Source of the DNA: Elusimicrobiota bacterium
GTDB taxonomy: Bacteria > Elusimicrobiota > Elusimicrobia > UBA1565 > JACRDR01
Length of the DNA stretch: 64,000 nt
NCBI GenBank assembly: GCA_041694815.1
Contig: JBGFSC010000047.1
Span: 1-64,000, forward strand
Reading direction: 5' to 3'
Shown here piece after piece: positions 1 through 8,722 of the stretch. Below the pieces are notes generated by a model, which worked only from the letters and a program-made list of their open reading frames with translations, was not told the DNA's origin and ran no database searches. Position 1 is the stretch's first letter, and each line of letters begins with the position of its first letter. A program made the translations under genes and the position numbers.

Positions 1-1
1 A

Positions 2-322
2 AAGAAACCTTGCTTGAGCGAGCCTCGCTTTTCGATCTGCTCCACCTCAACCCCAAAAGGCTCGACCGCCTCAGGCGTCAAGACCTCCAGCTATGCCTCC
101 AACTTTAACCGGACAGGAGTGCCAGACATCGACAATTTGGATCCCGATAACCGCGTCCCGATCGATTACGACGCGCTCCGCGGGATGCTGGCGTCCTGGC
201 GGCAGACGAGCGCGAAAAACGCCGCGGGAATCCTGATGAAAGACCCCGGGCATGCGCGGGTGAAATTGTTCGTGCTGTGGAAAGGCTTGCTGGCGCGCCG
301 CCCGGCTGTCAATAGGCCTTAG
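2..322 (+). CDS. Possible 3' end of a gene entering from the window edge (hypothetical)
   Basis: Frame is open from position 2 to TAG at 320-322; no recognisable motif. Confidence 0.3.
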   Translation, partial: KKPCLSEPRFSICSTSTPKGSTASGVKTSSYASNFNRTGVPDIDNLDPDNRVPIDYDALRGMLASWRQTSAKNAAGILMKDPGHARVKLFVLWKGLLARRPAVNRP

Positions 323-382
323 GACTACCGGGCAGTGGGTCTAACGACTCAGGCAATTCTTTAGCACCGCCTTATAATTGAG

Positions 383-1168
383 GTGGTGAGAAAATTTCTC
401 CTCGCGGTATTTTTAGCGGGGCTCAACGCCGCCGCCTTCCTTTTGGCGCCAGCCCCTTGGGTCCATGCCCAGGACTTCATCCCTAAATTCGCCTATATTC
501 CGCCTGGAGAGTTCGATATGGGCAGTCCTGATTCGAACGAGAAACTGCACCGCGTGTGCATAAGCCAGGGCTTCGAGATGCAGACCACCGCGGTGACGCA
601 GCTTCAGTATTACCTGATCACCGGCAGCAACCCTTCGCAGTTTAAGGACTGCGAAAAGTACGGTCCCGCGCGGGAGCCGATCTGCCCCAATCATCCGGTG
701 GAGCAGGTTTCCTGGGACGACGCGCAGGCGTTTATCCAACGCTTAAACGAATTGCAGGATAAATGCGTCTATCGGCTTCCCACCGAGGCGGAGTGGGAGT
801 ATGCGGCACGGGGAGGGACGTCGACGAGCTATTCGTTCGGCTCGAGCACATCCAGCCTCATTGCCCATGCCTGGTATAACAAGAACTCAAACGGCCGCAG
901 CCAGGCGGTCGCTTCCAAAAAGCCAAACTCGTTCGGTCTTTATGATATGCACGGCAATGTCTGGGAGTGGGTGCAGGACTGGTATGGAGAATATCCGAAG
1001 CAGAGCGTGACGGACCCTAAAGGCCCAAATTCCGGCTCGTACCGCGTCGTCCGCGGCGGCTTCTGGGGCGACAACGCCAGGGACCTCTGCTCCGCGTGCC
1101 GTGGCTACAACGGCCCCGGCAATCGCCTCAGCGGTGTGGGGTTCCGCCTCATGAGGTCATGTCATTAG
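383..1168 (+). CDS. Secreted formylglycine-generating-enzyme (FGE-sulfatase/SUMF1) fold protein
   Basis: Signal peptide; motifs F.MGS, P.EQVSW.DA, RLPTEAEWEYAARG, N.FGLYDMHGNVWEW, RGG.W, GFRL. True start may be GTG 386. Confidence 0.9.
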   Translation: MVRKFLLAVFLAGLNAAAFLLAPAPWVHAQDFIPKFAYIPPGEFDMGSPDSNEKLHRVCISQGFEMQTTAVTQLQYYLITGSNPSQFKDCEKYGPAREPICPNHPVEQVSWDDAQAFIQRLNELQDKCVYRLPTEAEWEYAARGGTSTSYSFGSSTSSLIAHAWYNKNSNGRSQAVASKKPNSFGLYDMHGNVWEWVQDWYGEYPKQSVTDPKGPNSGSYRVVRGGFWGDNARDLCSACRGYNGPGNRLSGVGFRLMRSCH

Positions 1169-1194
1169 CGCTTGGAAAGTTTTGATTCACTAAG

Positions 1195-1923
1195 ATGAAT
1201 TCAGCGATCCTGTTCGCAACGACGCTATACGTTTTGTCATCCAAGGCCTTCGCCGGCGTCAACATAGGCGACGCCATCATCGTCCGAGGCGAAGCTTCGC
1301 CCATCAGTTGGAAGGCCGTGATCTCGAAAATCTACGGACCCTACATCGATGTCCAAATAGACCAGCGCACCTGGCCTCATCCGGTACGAACGCGTACCGT
1401 CCTTCTGGCGGAAACGGGCCGGACCGACGGCTGCGTCGAGCCTAACGGCGTCAAACTCTGCGTGGGCGACTCCGTTTTCACGGCTTTTGGGAAAAGCGCC
1501 GTCGTCGCCGGGATATTTCCCACCGGCGGAGTGGCGTTGGATATTCCCTCCGGCAATGATTACGGCCCCGGCGCTCAATACCAGAATATAGCGGCCTGGG
1601 CGGTGGCGCTGCCCAAAGGCTGCGTCGACGGTTTTTGCGTCGATGAGCTTGTCTATTTTAAGGACACGGTGGTTCCCTATTCAGCGACCATCAAAGGGGT
1701 CTTCCCCCATCACGCCGCCTTGGTCTGCGACAACGCCGGGTGCTGGGAATCCTCCACGGAAAAGCTGATGCATCCGATGGACCGGAAGGAATTTCGTTCG
1801 CTGTCGGAGCGGCTTTCCCAAAAAGCTTCCGCGATCGGCGAATCCGCCAAAAGCCTCGAAAGCGCCGAAGAGCGCTTTAAGCTCGGTTGGGGCCTTATTG
1901 CTCATCCGAGTCTTTTTCCCTGA
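1195..1923 (+). CDS. Secreted hypothetical protein with repeated GCV..CV(G/D)..V modules
   Basis: Signal peptide ending AFA; repeats GCVEPNGVKLCVGDSV and GCVDGFCVDELV; 29-bp convergent overlap with glgX. Confidence 0.65.
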   Translation: MNSAILFATTLYVLSSKAFAGVNIGDAIIVRGEASPISWKAVISKIYGPYIDVQIDQRTWPHPVRTRTVLLAETGRTDGCVEPNGVKLCVGDSVFTAFGKSAVVAGIFPTGGVALDIPSGNDYGPGAQYQNIAAWAVALPKGCVDGFCVDELVYFKDTVVPYSATIKGVFPHHAALVCDNAGCWESSTEKLMHPMDRKEFRSLSERLSQKASAIGESAKSLESAEERFKLGWGLIAHPSLFP

Positions 1924-4012
1924 ACACGGCCACCGAGCGCCCCTGCAGCGGGTAGCGCTCGCCGGTCCGCACGATCTTGGCCTTAAGGCCCGGGTCCGTC
2001 GTGTCGAAGACCCGCTCCCATTGGGAGACCGGGCCCCGGGGAACCGTGAAGGGCCTGGGCTCGGCGTCGGCGTTAAAGAACATGAGCACGGACTTGCCGA
2101 TCACGGGCTGGCCGCGGCCCCCGATGTCGACCGCTCCCCCCGCCAAGCATATCCCCAGGCAGCGCGCCGCCGGGTTGTTCCAGGCCGAGTCCATCATCTC
2201 GCGCCCGGAATCGTCGTACCACAGGATATCGCTCGCCCCGGAGCCGCGGATCGGCCGGCCGTGGAAGAACTTGCGCCGATGCAGCACCGGCTCCCGTAGG
2301 CGGAAATGGATAAGCTTGCGCGTGAATTCCAATAGCGCCGCACCCTCGGGCTCGAGCTCCCAATGGATCCAGCTGAGCTCGTTATCCTGGCAATAGGCGT
2401 TGTTGTTACCGGATTGGGTCCTGCCCATCTCGTCGCCGGCGCAGAGCATGGGCACCCCTTGCGACAAGAGAAGGGTAGCCGTGAAATTGCGGATCTGCCT
2501 CCAGCGGAGCTCGTTGACCGCGGCTTCGGCGCTTGGCCCCTCGGCCCCGCAATTCCAGCTCAAATTGTCGCCTAAGCCGTCGGCGTTGCCCTCCCCGTTG
2601 GCCTCGTTATGCTTGGCGTTATAGCTGACTAAGTCCCTCAGCGTGAACCCGTCGTGGCAGGCCACGAAATTGACGCTGGCGTAGGGCCTGCGGCCGCTTT
2701 GCTCGTAGAGGTCGCTTGAGCCGCACAGGCGCGTCGCCAGCTCCGACATCGTAGCGCCGTCGCCGCGCCAGAACCGGCGCACGGCGTCGCGGTACTTGCC
2801 GTTCCATTCCCCCCAGCCGACCGGGAAGTTCCCGACCTGGTAGCCGCCCTCGCCCAGGTCCCAAGGCTCGGCGATGAGCTTGACCTGGGAGACCACCGGG
2901 TCCTGGCGTATCGCCTCGAAGAAGGCGCTGAGCTGGTTGACGGCGTAGAGCTCGCGCGCCAGGGAGCTCGCCAGGTCGAAACGGAAGCCGTCGACGTGCA
3001 TCTCCGTGATCCAATACCTCAGGCTGTCCATGATGAGCTGCAGCGCGCGCGGGTGCTGCAGGTTGAGCGTATTGCCGCAGCCCGTGAAATCCTGGTAATA
3101 GCGGGGATTGTCGGGGAGCAGGCGGTAATACGAGACATTGTCGATCCCGCGGAAGGACAGGGTAGGGCCCAGTTGGTTGCCCTCGGCGGTGTGGTTGTAG
3201 ACGACGTCCAAGATCACCTCGATTCCCGCCGCGTGCAGGATGCGCACCATGCGCTTGAACTCGCGCACGGCGTCGGCCCCCGGCGCGAAGCGCGGGTCGG
3301 GCGCGAAATAGGAAAGGGTGTTGTACCCCCAATAATTCTTGAGGCCGCGCTCGACCAAGTGGCGGTCATCGAGATGGCAATGCACCGGCATCAGCTCGAT
3401 GGCGGTAATCCCCAGCCGGAGGAAATGGTCGAGGACCGGCTGCGACGCGAGGGCCGCGTAGCTTCCCCTCAGTGCTTCCGGGATCTCCGGATGCAGCTGG
3501 GTGAAACCCTTGACGTGGAGCTCGTAGATCACGGTCTTATGCCACGGGATCTGCAGCGGGCGGTCCGGGCCCCAGGTGAAGGCGCCATCGATAACGGCGG
3601 CCAAGGGAGCCGACGCGGCATCATCGCGCGCATCGAAGGAAAGGTCTGCCTGGGGATCGCCCACCCGGTATCCGAAGAGGGCGTCGCACCAGCCAGGGCG
3701 GCGGGCCACGGATTTGGCGTAAGGGTCGAGCAGCAGCTTATTGGGATTAAACCGCTGGCCCGCCGCGGGCTCGTAAGGCCCGTAGACGCGGTAGCCGTAG
3801 AGCTGGCCCGGGCGCAGCTCCGGCAGGTAGGCGTGCCAGACCATGTCGGTCTGCTCGGGCATGACGATGCGGCGGCTCTCGGAGCGCGCCTCGACGGAGT
3901 CGAAGAGGCAGAGCTCGACCTTGTCGGCGCCCTGCGAGAAGAGGGCGAAATTCACGCCGGCGCCGTCCCAGCTCGCGCCCAAGGGGTAAGGCTTGCCGGG
4001 CCAAACTCTCAC
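1895..4012 (-). CDS. glgX: Glycogen debranching enzyme GlgX (GH13 isoamylase type)
   Basis: G.PYPLGA N-terminus, NYWGY, DVVYNH, DGFRFDLA, IAEPWD, HDGFTL. Start reassigned to GTG 4012, which has a GAGGAG SD. Confidence 0.95.
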   Translation of the reverse strand: MRVWPGKPYPLGASWDGAGVNFALFSQGADKVELCLFDSVEARSESRRIVMPEQTDMVWHAYLPELRPGQLYGYRVYGPYEPAAGQRFNPNKLLLDPYAKSVARRPGWCDALFGYRVGDPQADLSFDARDDAASAPLAAVIDGAFTWGPDRPLQIPWHKTVIYELHVKGFTQLHPEIPEALRGSYAALASQPVLDHFLRLGITAIELMPVHCHLDDRHLVERGLKNYWGYNTLSYFAPDPRFAPGADAVREFKRMVRILHAAGIEVILDVVYNHTAEGNQLGPTLSFRGIDNVSYYRLLPDNPRYYQDFTGCGNTLNLQHPRALQLIMDSLRYWITEMHVDGFRFDLASSLARELYAVNQLSAFFEAIRQDPVVSQVKLIAEPWDLGEGGYQVGNFPVGWGEWNGKYRDAVRRFWRGDGATMSELATRLCGSSDLYEQSGRRPYASVNFVACHDGFTLRDLVSYNAKHNEANGEGNADGLGDNLSWNCGAEGPSAEAAVNELRWRQIRNFTATLLLSQGVPMLCAGDEMGRTQSGNNNAYCQDNELSWIHWELEPEGAALLEFTRKLIHFRLREPVLHRRKFFHGRPIRGSGASDILWYDDSGREMMDSAWNNPAARCLGICLAGGAVDIGGRGQPVIGKSVLMFFNADAEPRPFTVPRGPVSQWERVFDTTDPGLKAKIVRTGERYPLQGRSVAVFREKDSDEQ

Positions 4013-4044
4013 GGCTTCTCCTCGTTTAGGGCTTTCGACGGCCC

Positions 4045-4308
4045 TTACCTTTCCGTTCGTTTCCGTGACACGGCATAGAGGCGGTAATAGGCGAGGCGCT
4101 CCAGGGACGGCGGGTCTTTCTCCTTGCGCGAGGCGAGGAAATAGCCGCCGGCCAATGCCAGCAGGCCCCAGAGCGGCGCTCGACGCTCGGGAGGCCAGCG
4201 GATGGCCTCGCGCGCCGCCGGGCGCTCGGCGTCCCCATGAACGATGCCCTCGTAGGCGAAGGCGGAAAAACCGGCGATCATCAAGACGAGGCCGAGCTCC
4301 CGCTTCAC
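4045..4308 (-). CDS. Small two-helix membrane protein
   Basis: GGAGG SD before GTG; two hydrophobic segments; lies upstream of and co-oriented with glgX. Confidence 0.55.
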   Translation of the reverse strand: MKRELGLVLMIAGFSAFAYEGIVHGDAERPAAREAIRWPPERRAPLWGLLALAGGYFLASRKEKDPPSLERLAYYRLYAVSRKRTER

Positions 4309-4312
4309 TCAT

Positions 4313-4338
4313 CCTCCATGAGCATGGAGGGCACTATA
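4313..4338 (-). promoter_or_regulatory. -10-like TATAGT followed by an 8-2-8 palindrome covering the SD
   Basis: CCTCCATG-AG-CATGGAGG at 4313-4330; ACTATA at 4333-4338. Confidence 0.5.
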
Positions 4339-4383
4339 ACCTCTCCGGCGCGGCCTAGGCCATGCGGCGGATGTAAATTTTCG

Positions 4384-5076
4384 TTAGGGCCGCTTAGACG
4401 GCCAGGTGGCCTTGGCGTCGTCCATGATGCGGCGGGCGGCGCCCTCGGCGGCGGAGCCGATCGATTCGGCTTCCTCGGTGTAGGAGCCGATCCATAAGAT
4501 CTCGCCGGTCGACGCGTCGACCATGCGGACGGCGATGCCCACCTCGGCGGGGTTCATGTAGGATTGCGGGACCTGACGCACCGTGCGCACGTTGCGGTAG
4601 CCGGTGACCTGCTCCTCCTCGACGTCGACCCATTCCTCGCCCACTTTCTTCCTCCGGACGACCCGGGCCGTGACCGGTTCCTGACGGTTCTCCTCCAGGT
4701 TGGCCATCACCATGCGGCGCACCGGCTCCGAAAAGGAGCTGATGCCGCCCAGGACCAACGCGTCGGCCCCGAGCATCTTGCCTAAAGCCTTCGCCGTGCG
4801 GGGATCGACGGCGCCCGAGACGCCGAAGGCCTGCTCCTTGAGCAGCTTGCCCGCCTGGCGCCGCTCGATGACATCGTAGCCGGCCTCCAACAAGCGCTTC
4901 TCGAACAGGCTGCCGACGACGGCGCCCGATCCCGGGCGCCTGGGAAAGTCATCAAAGCCGAGCACCGCCACGCGGCGCAGACGCGTGAAATCGTAGCCCC
5001 GCTTGATCGATACCGAAGGCCGGTGGGCGCAACCCGCCAGTAACGCGCAAAGGAGCAGGGCCGCCAGCGCTTTCAC
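4384..5076 (-). CDS. CsgG/HfaB-like lipoprotein
   Basis: Lipobox LLAGC; RVAVL.F, VIERRQ...LLKEQ, LGADALVLG, RMVD..TGEILW. Confidence 0.8.
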   Translation of the reverse strand: MKALAALLLCALLAGCAHRPSVSIKRGYDFTRLRRVAVLGFDDFPRRPGSGAVVGSLFEKRLLEAGYDVIERRQAGKLLKEQAFGVSGAVDPRTAKALGKMLGADALVLGGISSFSEPVRRMVMANLEENRQEPVTARVVRRKKVGEEWVDVEEEQVTGYRNVRTVRQVPQSYMNPAEVGIAVRMVDASTGEILWIGSYTEEAESIGSAAEGAARRIMDDAKATWPSKRP

Positions 5077-5082
5077 GGACGC

Positions 5083-5112
5083 AGAATATCAAATTATCAT
5101 TATTGATATAAT
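5083..5112. promoter_or_regulatory. Back-to-back extended -10 promoters, both apparently leaderless
   Basis: TGaTATAAT (5104-5112) lies 6 nt before GTG 5119; TGaTATTCT (minus strand, 5091-5083) lies 6 nt before GTG 5076. Confidence 0.65.
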
Positions 5113-5118
5113 CGACGC

Positions 5119-6942
5119 GTGGCCCGACGGGACTGGCTGCTCGTCAAGCTCCCTCTTTTGGTCTTGCTAGTCCTTTTCAGCCGCCTGCTGACGCACCCCT
5201 CCCTGATTCCCGGCGACGCCGATATCTACGCCTACCATTATCCCTTGCGGCATTTGGTCGCCTCGACCCTTCAAGAGGGGCGCCTGCCTTTCTGGAACCC
5301 GTATTTGTTCGCGGGCATGCCCTTGTCGGCCAATTCCCAGGCGCTGCTCTTCTATCCCGCCGCCTTGCTGCACTATTTTTTCCCGCTCTCCTGGGCCCTG
5401 TCGGCCGACGCGTTCCTCCACCTCGCGCTCGCCTTGCTCGGCGGCTACCTGCTCTGCCGGAAGACGGGCGTCGAGTCCGCTGGCGCCCTGCTGCTGTCGA
5501 CCGCCTACGCGTTTTCCCCCTTTCTCGTCTACCGGCTCGCCCAAGGAGTGCCGACGCATCTGAGCGCGCTCGCGTGGATCCCCTGGGTCTGGCTGGCGGC
5601 CGGCTCGGGCCGGCCACTCCTTCTAGCCCTCGCCTTGGCGCTGCAGGGGCTCTCCGGACATCCCCAATTCGCGCTCATCAACGCCTTGGCCCTTGTCCTT
5701 TGGGCGCTGGCCCGCCGGCCACGGGCCCTGGCCGTACTGGCCTCCGGCGGCCTTCTTGCGCTGGCCTTGGCCGGCCTGCAGGCCCTGCCCACCTGGAGCT
5801 TCCTGAGCCGCTCCGTGCGCGCCCATTGGGACCCGTCCTTCACCCTAGCCTATTCGTTCTCGGTGAAATACCTGCGCATCTTGCTCGATCCCGGAGCCTT
5901 CGGCACTCCGCGCGACCCCGCATTTGCCTTCTATCCATCGGAGTTCTTCGAGATGCTTTCACTGCATATGGGCCTGATCATGCTGCCGCTGGCCTTGGCC
6001 GGCCTCTTCCGCAAGGACCGGGCGGCCGCGCTCTGGCTGCTTATAGCCGCCGGATTCTTCCTGGCGCTGGGGCAAAATAATCCGGCCTACGCCTGGATGC
6101 AGAAGGCGTTTAGGCTCGATTTCCTGAGGGTTCCGGCCCGTTTTTCCCTTCTCATCCTATGGTCGCTGTGGCTGAGCGCGGCGGGGGCTTGGCGCGATTG
6201 GCTGCAATCCAAACCCGCCTGGCTCCGCCTGGCGCTGGGCCTGCTCCTTCTCGCGGAACTCGCCGTATGGGACTCGCGCTGGGTATACGCGCTCGAGGCC
6301 CCCTTTCTCGAGGCCCAGCCCGCCATCGCCGAACGGCTCCGGCAAGCGCCGCGCATCGCGACGGCCCCGGACGTCTCGCCCAACAAGACCCAGCTCTACC
6401 GCGTCCGCAACGCGACGGGCTACGAAGCGTTCTATCCGGCGCCAATCGCCTTCTACACCGCGCGCAGCGAAAAGGCCGCGGCCGCCGACGGCAGCAGGAC
6501 CTATATCCGGAGATGGCTCACTCCGGAGATGTCGGCGCTCTCGGTCGGCTGCTACGTTTCGCCGCGCCCTCTGCCCGGCCGTGAGCCGGCGGCCGTTTTC
6601 GGCTCCACCCACCTCTACTACAACCCGAACGCCCTCGCGCTGGTCCGAGGCGCCGAAGCTTGGGAGGAATTGGACCCGGAGCATTGGGTGCTGCGGGCGT
6701 CGCCAGGCTCCACCCCCGTGCTCTCCCACGCCGCCGATCCTGGCTGGACCGCCTGGCGCTCCGGCAAGCGGCTTTCCGTGCTGCTGGAAGACGGCTTCTT
6801 CCCAAGGATCGAGGCTCCGCCCGAAGGCCCCTCCGCCATCCATTGGAAATTCGTTCCCACGGGATGGCGGACGGGGTTACTGTTATCCCTAATAAGTTGG
6901 CTCTGGCTCGCCTCTCGCGGCTTTCTCGCATGCAGATTCTGA
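5119..6942 (+). CDS. YfhO-like polytopic membrane protein (putative GT-C glycosyltransferase)
   Basis: GD...Y.YP, G.LP.WNPY...GMP, SGHPQ, LR.PARF, C-terminal PGWTA motif; many TM helices. Confidence 0.8.
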   Translation: MARRDWLLVKLPLLVLLVLFSRLLTHPSLIPGDADIYAYHYPLRHLVASTLQEGRLPFWNPYLFAGMPLSANSQALLFYPAALLHYFFPLSWALSADAFLHLALALLGGYLLCRKTGVESAGALLLSTAYAFSPFLVYRLAQGVPTHLSALAWIPWVWLAAGSGRPLLLALALALQGLSGHPQFALINALALVLWALARRPRALAVLASGGLLALALAGLQALPTWSFLSRSVRAHWDPSFTLAYSFSVKYLRILLDPGAFGTPRDPAFAFYPSEFFEMLSLHMGLIMLPLALAGLFRKDRAAALWLLIAAGFFLALGQNNPAYAWMQKAFRLDFLRVPARFSLLILWSLWLSAAGAWRDWLQSKPAWLRLALGLLLLAELAVWDSRWVYALEAPFLEAQPAIAERLRQAPRIATAPDVSPNKTQLYRVRNATGYEAFYPAPIAFYTARSEKAAAADGSRTYIRRWLTPEMSALSVGCYVSPRPLPGREPAAVFGSTHLYYNPNALALVRGAEAWEELDPEHWVLRASPGSTPVLSHAADPGWTAWRSGKRLSVLLEDGFFPRIEAPPEGPSAIHWKFVPTGWRTGLLLSLISWLWLASRGFLACRF

Positions 6943-7955
6943 TCGTCAAATCCGCCGCATTGGGAGACGTACTGAGGACCACCTCCCTGCTGCGTCCCCT
7001 GCGAAGAAGGTATCCTGGATGCTCGATTAGCTGGATGACCTCCCGCGAGGCGAGGCCGCTGCTTGAGAACAACCCATACGTGGACGCGATCTTCGAGATA
7101 CCCGAAGATCGACGGCTCCCTGCAAAGAACGCTTTCGACCTGGTGTTAAGCATGGAAGAGAACGTAGCGGCGGCGCGCTGGGCCGGGCGGCTTTGCCGCG
7201 GAACGCTGATCGGCGTGATGGAAAATCGGGGATATCTGGAATACACCGAATCGAGCGCTCCCTATTACGGCATGAGCCTGCTGCGCCCGAAGGCCGAGGG
7301 GGGGTTGCGCGCGGCCAATAAGCTCAAGGCCGCCAATCGCTCGAGCTACTCCGACCTATGGCTTAAAATACTCGGCCTCACCGGTCGCAATGGGCGCCGC
7401 GAGCCTCCGGTGCTCCGGTTAAGCCGCGCGGAGCGCGAATGGGGCAAAAAGGCGATCCGACGTCTCGCCGGCCGCCGGCCCATCGCCCTCAATACCGGCG
7501 CGGGCGGGCGCTGGCCGGCCAAGCAGCTTTCGATCAATAGGACGGCCGAGCTGGCGGACTGTCTTTCCCGTCTGGGCCGCCCGCTGCTGCTTTTGGGCGG
7601 CCGGCAGGAGGCCGCAAGGAACCGCCGTATTCTCGATGCCGCGCGGGCCCCACTGCTCGACGCGGGCACCGGGCACGGCCTGCGGCGTTTCGCCTCCTTG
7701 ATCGGCGCCTGCGCCGCCCTGGTGACCGCCGACACGCTCGCCTACCATATCGCCTCGGCGCTGCGCGTGCCCGCCGTCGTCTTCACGGGCCCCACCTCGG
7801 CCCCCGAGCTCGGGACCTTCGAGAACGTCGCCAAGCTGGCCCCGCGCCCGCCCTGCGCCTGCTTCTACCGGCCGCACTGTCGCTTTAAGCGCAGCTGCCT
7901 GGACCGCATCCCCCTCGGGCGCTTCTCGGCCGCCCTCCGCCGATGCCTCCATTGA
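6930..7955 (+). CDS. GT9 (ADP-heptose:LPS heptosyltransferase-like) glycosyltransferase
   Basis: ILIVK..ALGDVLRT, L..NPYVD, W.AK, VTADT...HIA.AL..P...FTGPT. Confidence 0.9.
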   Translation: MQILIVKSAALGDVLRTTSLLRPLRRRYPGCSISWMTSREARPLLENNPYVDAIFEIPEDRRLPAKNAFDLVLSMEENVAAARWAGRLCRGTLIGVMENRGYLEYTESSAPYYGMSLLRPKAEGGLRAANKLKAANRSSYSDLWLKILGLTGRNGRREPPVLRLSRAEREWGKKAIRRLAGRRPIALNTGAGGRWPAKQLSINRTAELADCLSRLGRPLLLLGGRQEAARNRRILDAARAPLLDAGTGHGLRRFASLIGACAALVTADTLAYHIASALRVPAVVFTGPTSAPELGTFENVAKLAPRPPCACFYRPHCRFKRSCLDRIPLGRFSAALRRCLH

Positions 7956-8722
7956 GCCCCCCGCGGGTGCTGGTGCTCGTTCCGACCTACAACGAGATCG
8001 AGAACATCGCCGCGCTGGTGGATGCGGTTTTCGGGCTCGGCATCGACGGACTCGAGATGCTCGTCGTCGACGACCGAAGCCCCGACGGCACGGCCGCGCG
8101 GGTCCGGCTGCTTGAGGCACGTTACCCGGGCCTGCGCCTTCTGGAGCGCTCGGGCCCCGCGGGACGCGGCAGGGCCGGACGCGACGCCTTCTGCTACGGC
8201 CTAGAGTGCGGCGCCTCGTACCTCATCGAGATGGACGCCGATTTTTCGCATCAGCCCCGGCACATCCCCCAGCTCCTGGCCGCGATGGAGCATTGCGACG
8301 TCGCGGTGGGCTCGCGCCGCGTGCCCGGCGGCAGCGACTCGGACAGGCCCTGGCCCCGGCGCCTGCTCACGCGCCTGGCCAACGCCTACGCGCGGAGGCT
8401 GCTGGGACTTCCGGTGCTCGACGTCAATTCGGGCTTCCGCTGCTTCAGCCGCCTCGCGGTCGAAAGGATCCGACCCTCGGAGCTGCGCTCGACGGGGCCT
8501 TCGATATTGCACGAAATGCTGCACAAGGCCCGGGGGGCGGGGCTGCGCATCACGGAGGTACCGATCGAGTTCGTGGAACGCAAGGCGGGCTCGTCGAAGC
8601 TCAACCTCGCCCTCTTGGCCAGCGGCTATTTCTGGGTCTTACGGTGCCAGGCATTGACTTTCTTGACTTTCGTAAGCGCGAAACTCAAGAAAGTCAATGC
8701 CAGGCACCGCACTACGGCTTAA
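7943..8722 (+). CDS. Polyprenol-phosphate glycosyl synthase (DPM1-like GT2)
   Basis: PTYNE.ENI, VDD.SPDGT, EMDADFSH.P, D.NSGFRC, EVPI.F.ER..G.SK. Confidence 0.9.
   Translation: MPPLSPPRVLVLVPTYNEIENIAALVDAVFGLGIDGLEMLVVDDRSPDGTAARVRLLEARYPGLRLLERSGPAGRGRAGRDAFCYGLECGASYLIEMDADFSHQPRHIPQLLAAMEHCDVAVGSRRVPGGSDSDRPWPRRLLTRLANAYARRLLGLPVLDVNSGFRCFSRLAVERIRPSELRSTGPSILHEMLHKARGAGLRITEVPIEFVERKAGSSKLNLALLASGYFWVLRCQALTFLTFVSAKLKKVNARHRTTA
8642..8709. repeat. 31-bp imperfect inverted repeat (REP/MITE-like hairpin) inside the 3' end of the GT2 ORF
   Basis: Arms 8642-8672 and 8679-8709 with 2 mismatches and a 6-nt loop. Confidence 0.9.

Noticed and set aside
4013..4312. 100-aa N-terminal extension of GlgX in the ORF track
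   Set aside because: Arg/Pro-rich shadow sequence; GlgX homology starts at GTG 4012, which has its own SD, and another gene occupies 4045-4308
5084..5106. Fur-box-like ATAATGATAAT on the minus strand
   Set aside because: Only about 11 of 19 positions match, and the AT-richness is explained by two back-to-back -10 elements
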